Below, piece after piece: positions 19,703 through 32,472 of a stretch of DNA of 64,000 nucleotides. A model generated the notes under the pieces. The model was not told the DNA's origin. It did no database searches and saw only the letters and a list, made by a program, of their open reading frames with translations. The translations under genes were made by a program, and so were the position numbers. Origin of the DNA: Candidatus Hydrogenedentota bacterium (GTDB taxonomy: Bacteria; Hydrogenedentota; Hydrogenedentia; Hydrogenedentales; SLHB01); contig BTVY01000006.1 in assembly GCA_045863335.1 (NCBI GenBank), positions 1 through 64,000 on the forward strand, in the 5' to 3' direction. Numbering within the stretch: the stretch's first letter is position 1; each line of letters begins with the position of its first letter.

Positions 19703-20704
19703 ATGGGTTTCATCTTTACAATCGCCCTCGCAGTAGTCGTCGCGCCCGAAGGGCAAATCGCGTTTCTGGCCGCCACGGAACAGGAAGATCAGCAGGTTTG
19801 CGTTCTCACCCTTCCCGGCGGGGCGATCACTCCAATCGGCGCGGGACAGCGAGACGGGGAACCGGTCTGGTCGCCGGATGGCGCGTGGATCGCTTACATC
19901 ACGCAAGCGCCGGAATCGGGTACGGGGCTTCGGTTAGTCCGTCCCGACGGTACAGATGAGCGCATCCTCAAGCACGCGGAGGAGTGGGTCCACGGCCCGC
20001 CCGTGTGGTCACCGGACGGGACGAAACTCGCCTACACGGCGGGCGGTGGATTGGACCAACGCGTCATGGTCTACGACCTGGAATCGGACACCGAGGAGCG
20101 CTGGGGCACCGATACGCAGTCCCTCCTCCGGCCCGCGTGGAATGGCGACGCCCAGATCGTTGCAGTCGGCACGGTCGGCGATCCGGGCGCCTTGTCGACC
20201 GATCTGTTTTGGGTAACAAAGTCCTCGGCGAATCCCGCCATCGAGCTACAGGCGTCTACCGGAATCTACGCGGAGTGGCTGCCAAGACCGTTACCCGGCG
20301 AGGGCGCGGTAGCCTACGAATCGAATGACGGAGGCGACCGCGAGATCTTCGTATTCGCCATGAAACGCGGCGCGACGGATGTGAGCAATCACCGCGCCGC
20401 GGACTGGAATCCGGTATGGTCGCCCAGTGGCGAATGGATTGCCTTCGAGTCGTTTCGCGGCGGCCGCCGGGGCGTCTACCGCGTGAACCCGGTGCAAGTG
20501 CGCGTTTCGCCGATCGCGGCCGCGGAGGATCACGACAACTGGGCGCCCGCCTGGTCGCCGGACGGCCAGTGGGTCGCCTATGTCTCCAATCGCGACGGCC
20601 GTCCTCGCCTCTACGCCACGAATGCGGAAGAGGACGATACACTCCCGCTCACGCAACACGAACTGAATGACTACGCGCCGGCCTGGCGTCCGGAGACGAA
20701 GTGA
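19703..20704 (+). CDS. TolB-like PD40/WD40 beta-propeller protein
   Basis: Repeated P.WSPDG..IA(Y/F) motifs. Start 19703 preferred over 19640 from promoter geometry and the signal-like N-terminus. Confidence 0.82.
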   Translation: MGFIFTIALAVVVAPEGQIAFLAATEQEDQQVCVLTLPGGAITPIGAGQRDGEPVWSPDGAWIAYITQAPESGTGLRLVRPDGTDERILKHAEEWVHGPPVWSPDGTKLAYTAGGGLDQRVMVYDLESDTEERWGTDTQSLLRPAWNGDAQIVAVGTVGDPGALSTDLFWVTKSSANPAIELQASTGIYAEWLPRPLPGEGAVAYESNDGGDREIFVFAMKRGATDVSNHRAADWNPVWSPSGEWIAFESFRGGRRGVYRVNPVQVRVSPIAAAEDHDNWAPAWSPDGQWVAYVSNRDGRPRLYATNAEEDDTLPLTQHELNDYAPAWRPETK

Positions 20705-20769
20705 TGGTTGGGTGGGTTCTGGGCACTGCGATGTTCCATGTTCAACCATGCGCGAAGGCTTCCGCAAAG

Positions 20770-20802
20770 TCCCCCTTTGAAGGGGGATTTAGGGGGATGT
20801 TC
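20770..20802. repeat. Solo arm of the CCCCCTT..AAGGGGG repeat family
   Basis: TCCCCCTTTGAAGGGGGATTTAGGGGGATGTTC, nearly identical to the right arm at 13430-13461. Confidence 0.85.
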
Positions 20803-21882
20803 CGTAGCTCATTTCCTATTCAACCCAAATCTATCGAGAATTCACGATACGAAGTTCTTCGCGTTCTACTACTTGTTCTACTCACCACCTTCTGCAGCGT
20901 ATCCCACGCCCGGGACGCCAACGGCCTGCTCGACATCATCATTACGCCCAACGACGGAATGCCCGCCCTTCTCCTGCCCGGCGAGACCTTTGAGGTTGTC
21001 GCGACGCGTCAGGCGGAACTGTCCCTTTCATCGGAGTCTGGAACGATTTCCCTGGAAGCGGAGTGGACCGGCCTTCCCGGTGAACGGTCAAAGGCAATCT
21101 GCCGCGTTCCTGAAGAAGTGGCGCCTGGTGGCTACGCCTTGCAGGCGGCGGCTGAGGGAGCAACCGACACGAATCTACGGTCCGTCTTCCTCTTCGACGC
21201 GTTCCCCGACCGCTACACCGTCGCCCACGTCACCGACACGCACGTAGGCTCCGGCCGGCACGAGCGGACTTCAGAAGCAATCTTCCAGGACGTAGTGAAC
21301 GCGGTCAATGAAAGCGGCGCCGCCTTTGCCCTCGTTACCGGCGATCTCACGGAAAACGGAGAAGCGGCCCAGTTCAAAAGCTTCATCGAGATCTTGAATA
21401 CCTGCACCTTGCCGACCTTCGTGTGCTCCGGCAACCATGACCGCAAGGAACTCAACTACGAACAGGCCTTCGGTCCGGACACCTACATGTTCTGGTTCGG
21501 CAAGGACGGCTACCTCGGTTTCGATACGAAAGACTTCTACGTCGCCGACGATCTCCGCGGGCAACCGGCCGACTTGCAGGTGTACCGGCGCGCGCTCAAA
21601 CCCGCGCGCTGGGCGATCGGGTTCAGCCACCGGTACGAAGCCGACATGGGTATGCGCGCGCAATTGGCCCTGTTTGTCGACGACCCCCTCGACTGGTTCA
21701 TCTTCGGCCATTGGCATCGGGAGAACACGGAGGCGGAGCAGACGGTGCCGTGGGCCGGTGCGACGCGTCCGACGCCGATTACGGTAACACCGGCGGCTAT
21801 CAACGGCGTCATACGTTTGTTTGAAATTGGACCTGGAGGCATCACACCTGGCCTAGTGCAGACCGTCGCGGAAACGAAGTGA
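20797..21882 (+). CDS. Exported calcineurin-like metallophosphoesterase
   Basis: HVTDTH, VTGDL, SGNHD, FSH, FGHWH motifs; hydrophobic signal segment. Start uncertain (20701-20797). Confidence 0.8.
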   Translation: MFRSSFPIQPKSIENSRYEVLRVLLLVLLTTFCSVSHARDANGLLDIIITPNDGMPALLLPGETFEVVATRQAELSLSSESGTISLEAEWTGLPGERSKAICRVPEEVAPGGYALQAAAEGATDTNLRSVFLFDAFPDRYTVAHVTDTHVGSGRHERTSEAIFQDVVNAVNESGAAFALVTGDLTENGEAAQFKSFIEILNTCTLPTFVCSGNHDRKELNYEQAFGPDTYMFWFGKDGYLGFDTKDFYVADDLRGQPADLQVYRRALKPARWAIGFSHRYEADMGMRAQLALFVDDPLDWFIFGHWHRENTEAEQTVPWAGATRPTPITVTPAAINGVIRLFEIGPGGITPGLVQTVAETK

Positions 21883-21919
21883 CTTGTCCCGGACCGAATT
21901 GAATGCAAAGGGGGATTTT

Positions 21920-23149
21920 ATGCTGCGCTACTTCTGTTTGTTAGTCCTTACGGTCTCGGTCTTCACGGTTCCTGTTCCAGCGCAAAGCGTGGAGCGTTTT
22001 CAACAGGATCGCTTCGCCATCGGGTTCTGGGTGGATCCGCCCGCCGACGATCAAATGGACGAACGCTATGCCGCCATCGCCGATGCCGGATTCACCGTGG
22101 TGCTGGGAGGGTTCGGTGCCAGTGCGCCGGAGTCCATCGAACGCCAGTTAACGCTATGTGAGAAGTTTGATCTGAAGGCATTGGTGTACTCCGTGTCGCG
22201 CGAATTCGATGATCTCCCGGAGCATCCGGCATGCTGGGGCTACATGGTCCGCGACGAACCCAGCGCCGCTTTGTTTCCCGAACTCCGCGCCATCGTGGAC
22301 AAAATCCGCGCCGAGCGGCCGGGACGACTCGCCTACATCAACTTGTTCCCCAACTACGCCAACGAAGATCAACTCGGCACCAAGACTTACGAAGAGCACG
22401 TCCGCCGCTTTATCGATGAAGTAAACGTCGACGTGCTCAGCATGGACCATTACCCGATCTTCAAGCCGGACAAAGACGGACGTGACGCCTATTGCGAGAA
22501 CCTCGCGGTGATGCGGGAAGAATCACTCCGTGCGGAAATTCCATTTTGGAATTTCTTCAACGTCATGCCCTACGGTCCACACACCGATCCCACCGAAGCG
22601 CAGCTTCGCTGGCAAATCTACACATCCCTCGCGTATGGCGCAAAAGGCGTGATGTACTTTTGTTATTGGACTCCAGGCGGTGGCGAGTTCCCCAAAGGCG
22701 GGGCGATACTGCACCGGGACGGACGCCCCTCGCGTCACTACGATCAGGCGAAACGCATTAACACGGCCGTGAAGAATTTTGGTCCGACCCTCATGCAACT
22801 TACCAGCACCCGCGTGTTCCGCATCGCGCCAGACACCGACGTCGCCGCAACGCTCGAAGGATCGCCCATCAAAAGCATCGCGCGGGCCGATGTCGATCCG
22901 CCTCACGATTACTTGATTGGTGTGTTCAAGCATGCCGACGGCCGGGACGCGGTCCTCCTGAACAACTACCGGTTCGCGTACACCGCGTGGCCGACAGTCG
23001 AGTTCGCCCAGCCAGTTGAGAAGGTGCGCGAAATCGATCCGGCCACGGGTCAGGAAATCGCGGTGATCGATGACAGCCCCGCCATGGACGGCATCCAACT
23101 GTCACTCGATTCCGGCGCGGGCCGATTGTTCCTCGTGGCGGCAGAATAG
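21920..23149 (+). CDS. Secreted putative glycoside hydrolase (TIM-barrel, clan GH-A-like)
   Basis: Signal peptide, WGYMVRDEP, YINLFPNY, SMDHYP, QLRWQIYTSLAYGAKGVMYF. Family not determined. Confidence 0.55.
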   Translation: MLRYFCLLVLTVSVFTVPVPAQSVERFQQDRFAIGFWVDPPADDQMDERYAAIADAGFTVVLGGFGASAPESIERQLTLCEKFDLKALVYSVSREFDDLPEHPACWGYMVRDEPSAALFPELRAIVDKIRAERPGRLAYINLFPNYANEDQLGTKTYEEHVRRFIDEVNVDVLSMDHYPIFKPDKDGRDAYCENLAVMREESLRAEIPFWNFFNVMPYGPHTDPTEAQLRWQIYTSLAYGAKGVMYFCYWTPGGGEFPKGGAILHRDGRPSRHYDQAKRINTAVKNFGPTLMQLTSTRVFRIAPDTDVAATLEGSPIKSIARADVDPPHDYLIGVFKHADGRDAVLLNNYRFAYTAWPTVEFAQPVEKVREIDPATGQEIAVIDDSPAMDGIQLSLDSGAGRLFLVAAE

Positions 23150-23166
23150 ACGCGCAAAAAGTTGGG

Positions 23167-24273
23167 CTACCGCACGACCGCTTCCGCGGCCAATTGGAAC
23201 ACGGTATTGAGCGGTTCCGGCTTCTCGGGCATACCGCCGAGCTTGGTGTCGTTCCAGGAAACGACCATGTCGTGGGACGGAAAGACCGCCATTCCGCGCA
23301 TGCCATTCTTGTGGCCAAGGGCGGCGAAGATATCGTGGGGCGCGTCGGGCCAGAGCCGTTCGCCGTCGGCGTTCTCGCCATTGGTCCACCACAGCCAACT
23401 GTAGCTTCCCTCATGCTCGGTCTGGTTGTCGGGGATGCGCTGCGAACCAATCGTGCGCTGGCCAGGGCACATCTCGGCCGCTTCGGCTGCCGTCCGCGGA
23501 ATGGTATTTGGGACCGGGCTGGTCGTAATCTCGGTCACGTGCTCGCGCGAGAGCAGTTGCTGCCCGTTCCACGATCCGCCGTGAAGATAGAGGAGTCCGA
23601 ATCGTGCGAAGTCCCGCGGCGACACGGCCAATCGCCCCGAGTTCGGGACAAAAGATGGATTATCTTCGCATTGCAGGATATCCGTCAGCCGCGGGTGCAG
23701 CACGGTGTCGCTGACTGTTTCCGCGGTCTTGCCAAAAACCTCCAGGAAGAGCGTGTCCCACAGCAGCGCCATCTGCCAATCGTTGTAGTCGAATGCCGTG
23801 CCTGGCGCTTCGCGAACGCCATAGCAGGAGACCTGATTGGCCATATGCCGGAAGGTAATCGCTCGGTCCTTGTAGTCCAGATCCGCGTTGAGATCGTTGA
23901 GGCACGGCGCGTAGTCCACCACGCGCGCGTCCACGCTCGGCAGAAGACCGTCTTCTACTGCGACAAACACAAAGTGCGCGATCCACGGTTTCAACGCGGA
24001 CGCCACGTCGCCCGCCTTCTCGACGTCGCCCCACGAATAGACAAGGTACCCATGGCGAACGACACAGCCCCGTCCCCCCATGAAGTCTCGCATAGCGTCG
24101 AGCTTCGCGACATCCAAACCCACGGCCTCAGGAGTGCGGGACTCCCAGTGCTCGCTTGGGTAGATCGCGTCCGCTGTTTGGGCCAGCGTTGCGGCCAGGA
24201 TTGCTAGAATGACTGTACCGATTGTCCCACCCCCGGTTCTGAAACCAACTTCCGCGAAGAACAGGATCGGCAT
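23167..24273 (-). CDS. Serine hydrolase, beta-lactamase family (AmpC-like)
   Basis: SxxK (ASALK), PGTAFDYND, PRDFARFGLLYL.GG.WNGQQLLS, YSWLWW. Start uncertain. Confidence 0.75.
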   Translation of the reverse strand: MPILFFAEVGFRTGGGTIGTVILAILAATLAQTADAIYPSEHWESRTPEAVGLDVAKLDAMRDFMGGRGCVVRHGYLVYSWGDVEKAGDVASALKPWIAHFVFVAVEDGLLPSVDARVVDYAPCLNDLNADLDYKDRAITFRHMANQVSCYGVREAPGTAFDYNDWQMALLWDTLFLEVFGKTAETVSDTVLHPRLTDILQCEDNPSFVPNSGRLAVSPRDFARFGLLYLHGGSWNGQQLLSREHVTEITTSPVPNTIPRTAAEAAEMCPGQRTIGSQRIPDNQTEHEGSYSWLWWTNGENADGERLWPDAPHDIFAALGHKNGMRGMAVFPSHDMVVSWNDTKLGGMPEKPEPLNTVFQLAAEAVVR

Positions 24274-24297
24274 TGCACAAAGTGGCTCGACCGAATT

Positions 24298-25782
24298 CTA
24301 TGCAATTACGTCATGCACCACGTTCCCCGCCACATCCGTGAGCCGGAAATCGCGGCCGTTGTGGCGGTACGTCAATTTCAGGTGATTCATGCCGAGCATG
24401 TGAAGGATCGTCGCGTGCAAGTCGTTGACGGATACCTTGTTCACGGCGGCTTTGTGTCCGATTTCGTCGGTTTCGCCGTAGTGAACGCCGCCCTTGGCGC
24501 CGCCGCCCGCGAACCAGACCGTGAACGCGTGGGGATTGTGGTCGCGTCCCGACTGGCCGCCGCCGGGAGCGCGTTGCACGAGGGGCAAGCGGCCAAACTC
24601 GCCGCCCCAGATGACGAGCGTGGAATCGAGGAGGCCGCGCTGTTTCAGATCGGTGAGCAGCCCGGCGATAGGAATGTCGGTTTCCGACGCGAATCCGCGA
24701 TGGTTGCTTTCGATATCGAGATGCCCGTCCCAGCTCTTCTCGTTTTCTTCGCCGCCGCTGTAGATCTGCACGAAGCGCACGCCTCGTTCGACCATGCGCC
24801 GCGCCATGAGACATTGCTTGGCGAAGTGCGTGCACTGCTCGTTGTCGAGGCCGTAGAGCTGCTGGATGTGCTTCGGTTCCGAGTAAACGTCCATCGCATC
24901 GGGCGCAGCCATCTGCATGCGATAGGCCAACTCAAAACTCTCAATACGCGTGGCGAGTTCCGGGTCGCCCGCGTTCGCGGTTTCGTGGCGTTTGTTCAAC
25001 GACGCAAGCAGATCGAGTTGCCTCCGTTGCTGCGCGTCGTTCATGGTTTCCGGGCGCTTCAGATTGTCGATCGGTTCGCCTTGCGCGTTGAGACTGGTGC
25101 CCTGGAAGATGCCGGGCAGAAATCCCGCTCCCCAATTCTGCGAATAGCCTTTCGGCAAGCCGCGCCCAAGCGTGTCGTACATGACGACGAAGCCCGGCAG
25201 GTTCTGATTTTCCGTGCCGAGTCCGTAGGTGACCCAGGAACCGACGCTCGGAAAGCCCATGCGGTTCATTCCGGTATTGATTTGAAATAGCGCGGGAGAA
25301 TGGTTGTTGGTCTCCGTGTGGCACGAGTGAATGAAGGCCATGTCGTCAACATGCTTGGCCATGTTGGGGAAGATGTCGGAAACCCAGGTGCCCGACTCGC
25401 CGTGTTGGCTAAACCCGAAGGGCGATTTCATGAGCGGGCCGACCTGGTCCACGAAGAATCCTGTCGTGTTGTCGAAGCCTTCGAGTTTCTGTCCGTCGCG
25501 TTTCTCGAGTTCGGGTTTGTAATCCCAGGTATCGACCTGGCTCGGGCCGCCATTCATGAACAGCCAGATGACCGCCTTCGCCTTTCCGGGGAAGTGCGAG
25601 GGATGCGAGGCGAGCGGATTCAGCGATTCCTTAGCGGACGCGGTGAGGAGTCCTTGCGATTCGAGGAGACCTGCGAGGGCCAGCGCGCCGAAGCCCTGTC
25701 CCGTGCGGCGCAGAAAATCGCGGCGCGTGCAGAAGCAGGGCGCGGGTTCGGCGATGTAATGGGGTTCCGTCTTGTCGCTCAT
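24298..25782 (-). CDS. DUF1501 (sulfatase-like) protein with Tat signal
   Basis: TRRDFL, LFMNGGPSQVDTWD, ARRMVERGVRFVQ, WDGH, GEFGR, RDHNP. Confidence 0.9.
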   Translation of the reverse strand: MSDKTEPHYIAEPAPCFCTRRDFLRRTGQGFGALALAGLLESQGLLTASAKESLNPLASHPSHFPGKAKAVIWLFMNGGPSQVDTWDYKPELEKRDGQKLEGFDNTTGFFVDQVGPLMKSPFGFSQHGESGTWVSDIFPNMAKHVDDMAFIHSCHTETNNHSPALFQINTGMNRMGFPSVGSWVTYGLGTENQNLPGFVVMYDTLGRGLPKGYSQNWGAGFLPGIFQGTSLNAQGEPIDNLKRPETMNDAQQRRQLDLLASLNKRHETANAGDPELATRIESFELAYRMQMAAPDAMDVYSEPKHIQQLYGLDNEQCTHFAKQCLMARRMVERGVRFVQIYSGGEENEKSWDGHLDIESNHRGFASETDIPIAGLLTDLKQRGLLDSTLVIWGGEFGRLPLVQRAPGGGQSGRDHNPHAFTVWFAGGGAKGGVHYGETDEIGHKAAVNKVSVNDLHATILHMLGMNHLKLTYRHNGRDFRLTDVAGNVVHDVIA

Positions 25783-25804
25783 ACTTCCCTCGTCATGAAA
25801 TCGG

Positions 25805-28969
<3,165 letters not shown>

Positions 28970-29095
28970 AATCCCAAGAGATGCCCCGGAAAGTCAATAA
29001 ATCGGCAGGTTTGCATTGAACGCCACCAACCCATCGGATACAATTCGCGATACTTTATTCCGAGACCGAGTTTCCTTCAGGAGCCAGCCTAAGTT

Positions 29096-30571
29096 ATGAA
29101 TTTGGAACGCTATCGCGATCTGCTGTCGCGCTTTGAGACGGCCCGCGTCTTGGTCGTGGGCGATATCTATCTTGATGAGAACGTCCGGGGGGTGGTGACG
29201 GGGATTAGTCTGGAGGCCCCGATCCCGGTGTACGAGGTGCACGAGCGGCGGTACAACCCCGGCGCGGCGGGAAATGCGGCGTGCAACGTGGCGGCCCTGG
29301 GCGCGAAGACGTACATGGTGGGCTACGTGGGCCAGGATACGAACGCGGACATCGTCCGGCGGGAATTCGAGGTCCGGAACGTGGACACCTCCGGCCTGGT
29401 CGTCCATCCCACGCGCGCGACCAACACCTACGGCAAACTTCGGGCCGGCGGGTTCAACATCCCTACGCAGGAGATCCTCCGCACCGACACGCCGACGCCG
29501 GTGTTCATCGAGGGCGAGGTCGAAGACCAAATCATCGCGAATATCAAAGCCCGAGCGCCGGAAGTGGACGCCATCGTCGTGACCGACCAAGTCTGCTCCG
29601 TAGCGACGGAACGGGTCTTGCGTGAAGTCGTCGAAATCGCGAAGAAACACGGGCTGATTACCGTAGGCGATTCCAGGTCCCGGGCAGGGGCCTTCAAGGA
29701 TTTCGACATCATCGTGCCGAACGACCGCGAAGCGGGGATTGGTGCGGGAATCGACGTGGTCGACGAAAAGACGCTCCACTCGGCAGGAAAGAAACTGCTG
29801 GGCATCTGCAATAACGCCGTTGTGACCCGTGGCGCCCAAGGGATTACCGTGTTCGCGGCGGATGGGAGCATCACCGACGTGCCTATCACAATCGCCCCCG
29901 ACGCTGTCGTGGATGTGACCGGGGCGGGAGACACGGTGACCGCTGCGGTGACGGTGACCATGGTCGCGGGAGGGACTCTTGCCGAGGCAGCCGTGGTCGG
30001 GAACACCGCTGCCGGGGTAGCCGTGGCCCAGGAAGGCGTCGTGACCGTACCGAAAGCCCAGTTGGAGCGCGCGTTGTTCAGCAAAGGCGGGCCTGCCAAG
30101 CTAAAGAATATCAACGAGTTAAAAGAGATTATCACGAAACTCCGCGCGGCTGGCAAGAAGGTCGTCTGGACCAACGGGTGTTTCGATATCGTTCATATCG
30201 GCCATATCACGTATCTCCAAAAGGCGGCTTCGCTTGGGGATGTCCTGATCGTGGGGTTGAACACCGATGATTCTGTGCGCAGCGTGAAAGGACCCGGACG
30301 GCCCATCGTGCCGGAAGCGGAACGGGCGGCGGTACTGGCCGCGCTGGAGTGCGTGGGCTATGTGGTTCTGTTTTCCGAGCCTTCGCCCATGCCATACCTG
30401 GAGGCGCTGCGACCGGATGTCTACGCGAAGGGCGGTGACTACACACTGGATACCATCGTGCAAGAAGAGCGACGGCTTGTCGAGGGTTATGGCGGGGGGA
30501 TTGCAATCCTTCCTGGGGTAGAGGGTCGTTCGACGACCAATATCATCGCGCGCATCACGAATGATGCGTAG
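29096..30571 (+). CDS. hldE: Bifunctional heptose-7-phosphate kinase / heptose-1-phosphate adenylyltransferase
   Basis: VVGDIYLDE, ISLEAPIPV, PfkB DVTGAGDT, then TNGCFDIVHIGH, GLNTDDSV..KG..RP, KGGDY, STTNII. Confidence 0.88.
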   Translation: MNLERYRDLLSRFETARVLVVGDIYLDENVRGVVTGISLEAPIPVYEVHERRYNPGAAGNAACNVAALGAKTYMVGYVGQDTNADIVRREFEVRNVDTSGLVVHPTRATNTYGKLRAGGFNIPTQEILRTDTPTPVFIEGEVEDQIIANIKARAPEVDAIVVTDQVCSVATERVLREVVEIAKKHGLITVGDSRSRAGAFKDFDIIVPNDREAGIGAGIDVVDEKTLHSAGKKLLGICNNAVVTRGAQGITVFAADGSITDVPITIAPDAVVDVTGAGDTVTAAVTVTMVAGGTLAEAAVVGNTAAGVAVAQEGVVTVPKAQLERALFSKGGPAKLKNINELKEIITKLRAAGKKVVWTNGCFDIVHIGHITYLQKAASLGDVLIVGLNTDDSVRSVKGPGRPIVPEAERAAVLAALECVGYVVLFSEPSPMPYLEALRPDVYAKGGDYTLDTIVQEERRLVEGYGGGIAILPGVEGRSTTNIIARITNDA

Positions 30572-30582
30572 GGTAACGGAGT

Positions 30583-30610
30583 TTGCAATTCTTGGGAACT
30601 GTGCTAGACT
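30583..30610 (+). promoter_or_regulatory. Putative sigma70 promoter with extended -10
   Basis: TTGCAA-16 nt-TAGACT with TG at -15/-14, upstream of AGGAG and ATG 30643. Confidence 0.45.
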
Positions 30611-30642
30611 GACGAGCAAAGATTATTGACAGGAGAGGGGCC

Positions 30643-31188
30643 ATGAGCTTGAATCGACGGATATCAACAGGGTTGCTCGCAGCCGTCTTGGCATGCTGCG
30701 GACTTTTCGTGGCGGGCGCGCAGGAAGCCAACAAAGAACTTGTCGATGCTCAGGATCCATTTATCCTGAATCCGCCATCCACATCCTTAGAGCCGGTCGG
30801 CGAGGTGGATTTGCCTCCGGCGAATACGGCCCTGGACGAGCGGCCTCGGGCGGCGCAGGTGACCACTCCAAACGAACCCGACGGGGATACTGCCGACGGT
30901 TCGGCGGTGCGAACGGAACGGCCCGAACGGCCGACGCCCAAGAACGTCACGCGCATCGACAACGATCCCAAGCGTAAACGGAGCGTGCAGCCAACTGCGG
31001 TCATCAAGGCGCAGTTAGCGCCGTGGGGCTATACGCGGCGCTACCTCGAAGGGGACATCGCCGAACCCGAGCATCCGTTTGGTTCGGGCCAGCAGCCCGG
31101 AATTGGCGGGCTGAACAGACCGAACCAGGACCGCGGCCAGATCAGCCTGCGAGGCAACCGCGGCCGCAGGGATCGCGACGAAGATTAG
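30643..31188 (+). CDS. Hypothetical secreted protein
   Basis: AGGAG RBS, signal peptide ending ..AGA-QE, Pro/charged, probably disordered body. Confidence 0.7.
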   Translation: MSLNRRISTGLLAAVLACCGLFVAGAQEANKELVDAQDPFILNPPSTSLEPVGEVDLPPANTALDERPRAAQVTTPNEPDGDTADGSAVRTERPERPTPKNVTRIDNDPKRKRSVQPTAVIKAQLAPWGYTRRYLEGDIAEPEHPFGSGQQPGIGGLNRPNQDRGQISLRGNRGRRDRDED

Positions 31189-31246
31189 TGGCCCCCTACC
31201 GTATCCACAGCTGAAGGTGGCCGCCTCGGCATTACAGCGGCCGTTC

Positions 31247-31780
31247 TTACAGCGTTTCCACGGTGATGTGGCTGTTGGTGTAAATGCAAATGTCAGCGGC
31301 GGTGGCCAGGGCTTCCCGCACGATCCCTTCCGCATCGAGACTGGAATGCTTTACGAGTACCCGCGCTGCGGAAAGGGCGTAGGCACCGCCCGAGCCAATG
31401 GCGATGATGCCATCGTCGGGTTGGATGACTTCCCCGCTCCCGGCCACGATGAGGGACGCTTCTGCGTCGCACACCGCCAGCAGGGCCTCCAAATTGCGTA
31501 GGTATTTGTCGGTTCGCCACTCTTTTCCCAGTTCCACTGCGGCGCGGACGAGATTCTTGTTGAACTCGTTGAGCTTGCCTTCGAATCGTTCGAAGAGCGT
31601 GAAGGCATCGGAAACCGCGCCGGCAAACCCGGCGATGACGCGGCCATCGGCCAGGCGGCGGACCTTGACTGCGTGGTGCTTCATTATGGTGTTGCCGAGG
31701 GTGACTTGTCCGTCCGCCCCGAGGGCAACTTTCCCGTCCTTCCGGACACTGACAACCGTGGTGCCGTGAAAGGCGTTCAT
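31247..31780 (-). CDS. hslV: ATP-dependent protease peptidase subunit HslV
   Basis: HG|[39 protein letters not shown]. Confidence 0.95.
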   Translation of the reverse strand: MNAFHGTTVVSVRKDGKVALGADGQVTLGNTIMKHHAVKVRRLADGRVIAGFAGAVSDAFTLFERFEGKLNEFNKNLVRAAVELGKEWRTDKYLRNLEALLAVCDAEASLIVAGSGEVIQPDDGIIAIGSGGAYALSAARVLVKHSSLDAEGIVREALATAADICIYTNSHITVETL

Positions 31781-31964
31781 CAGATTTCCTTCATGTTGGC
31801 GTCAGGCGCGGGTATGGTGCGTCTGAAACGTCTGTTTGAGGGCATTCCGGTATCTACTCGCCGCAATGCGCTTGTTTTCGAATGAAATGCTTCTACCATA
31901 CCTCCCGCGCCAAGACCAAGTAACGGATGGCGTCAGGCGCTGAAGGTGAGGACATTCTACGACA

Positions 31965-32462
31965 ATGGATGAAGGCCGATCGACGATACTGGGCTTGCTG
32001 ATTCTCGCAGGCTGCATCGGGCTCATGTGGCTCCGGGGGTACCGCCTGAGGCGCTCGTGGCGCAAGGGTATCGAGGCTCTGGAAGCCGGGGACATGCAAA
32101 CCGCGGCAGCATGGCTACAGTCCTGCGTGAAGCAGTCGCCTTCTTGGGTGCCGGCCCGGCGATTGCTCGGACGGGCCTTGGTCGCGTCGGGCTGTTTCGA
32201 GGAGGCAGAGAAACATCTGCGCTTGGCTGCGCAGTTTGAACCGCGCGACGCGGAGGGGTATCTGGAACTGGCGATGTTTCTGGCCAATTGTCCACCGGTG
32301 CGGTTGGAAGAAGCCATCGATCAGCTTGCTAAGGCGATGGAATATGCCCCGCGATTGCGGCAAGAGGCGGACCGGATGCCGCAATTGGCGCCGTTGCGGG
32401 ATCATCCACGTTGGGCAGAACTCGCCGGTGAAGTGGTGCCGAATCGCGCAAGTTCACAGTAG
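31965..32462 (+). CDS. Membrane-anchored TPR protein
   Basis: N-terminal TM, helical repeats with TPR-like A...LG..L...G..EEA...L..A....P pattern. Confidence 0.7.
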   Translation: MDEGRSTILGLLILAGCIGLMWLRGYRLRRSWRKGIEALEAGDMQTAAAWLQSCVKQSPSWVPARRLLGRALVASGCFEEAEKHLRLAAQFEPRDAEGYLELAMFLANCPPVRLEEAIDQLAKAMEYAPRLRQEADRMPQLAPLRDHPRWAELAGEVVPNRASSQ

Positions 32463-32472
32463 GGCGTCGAGC

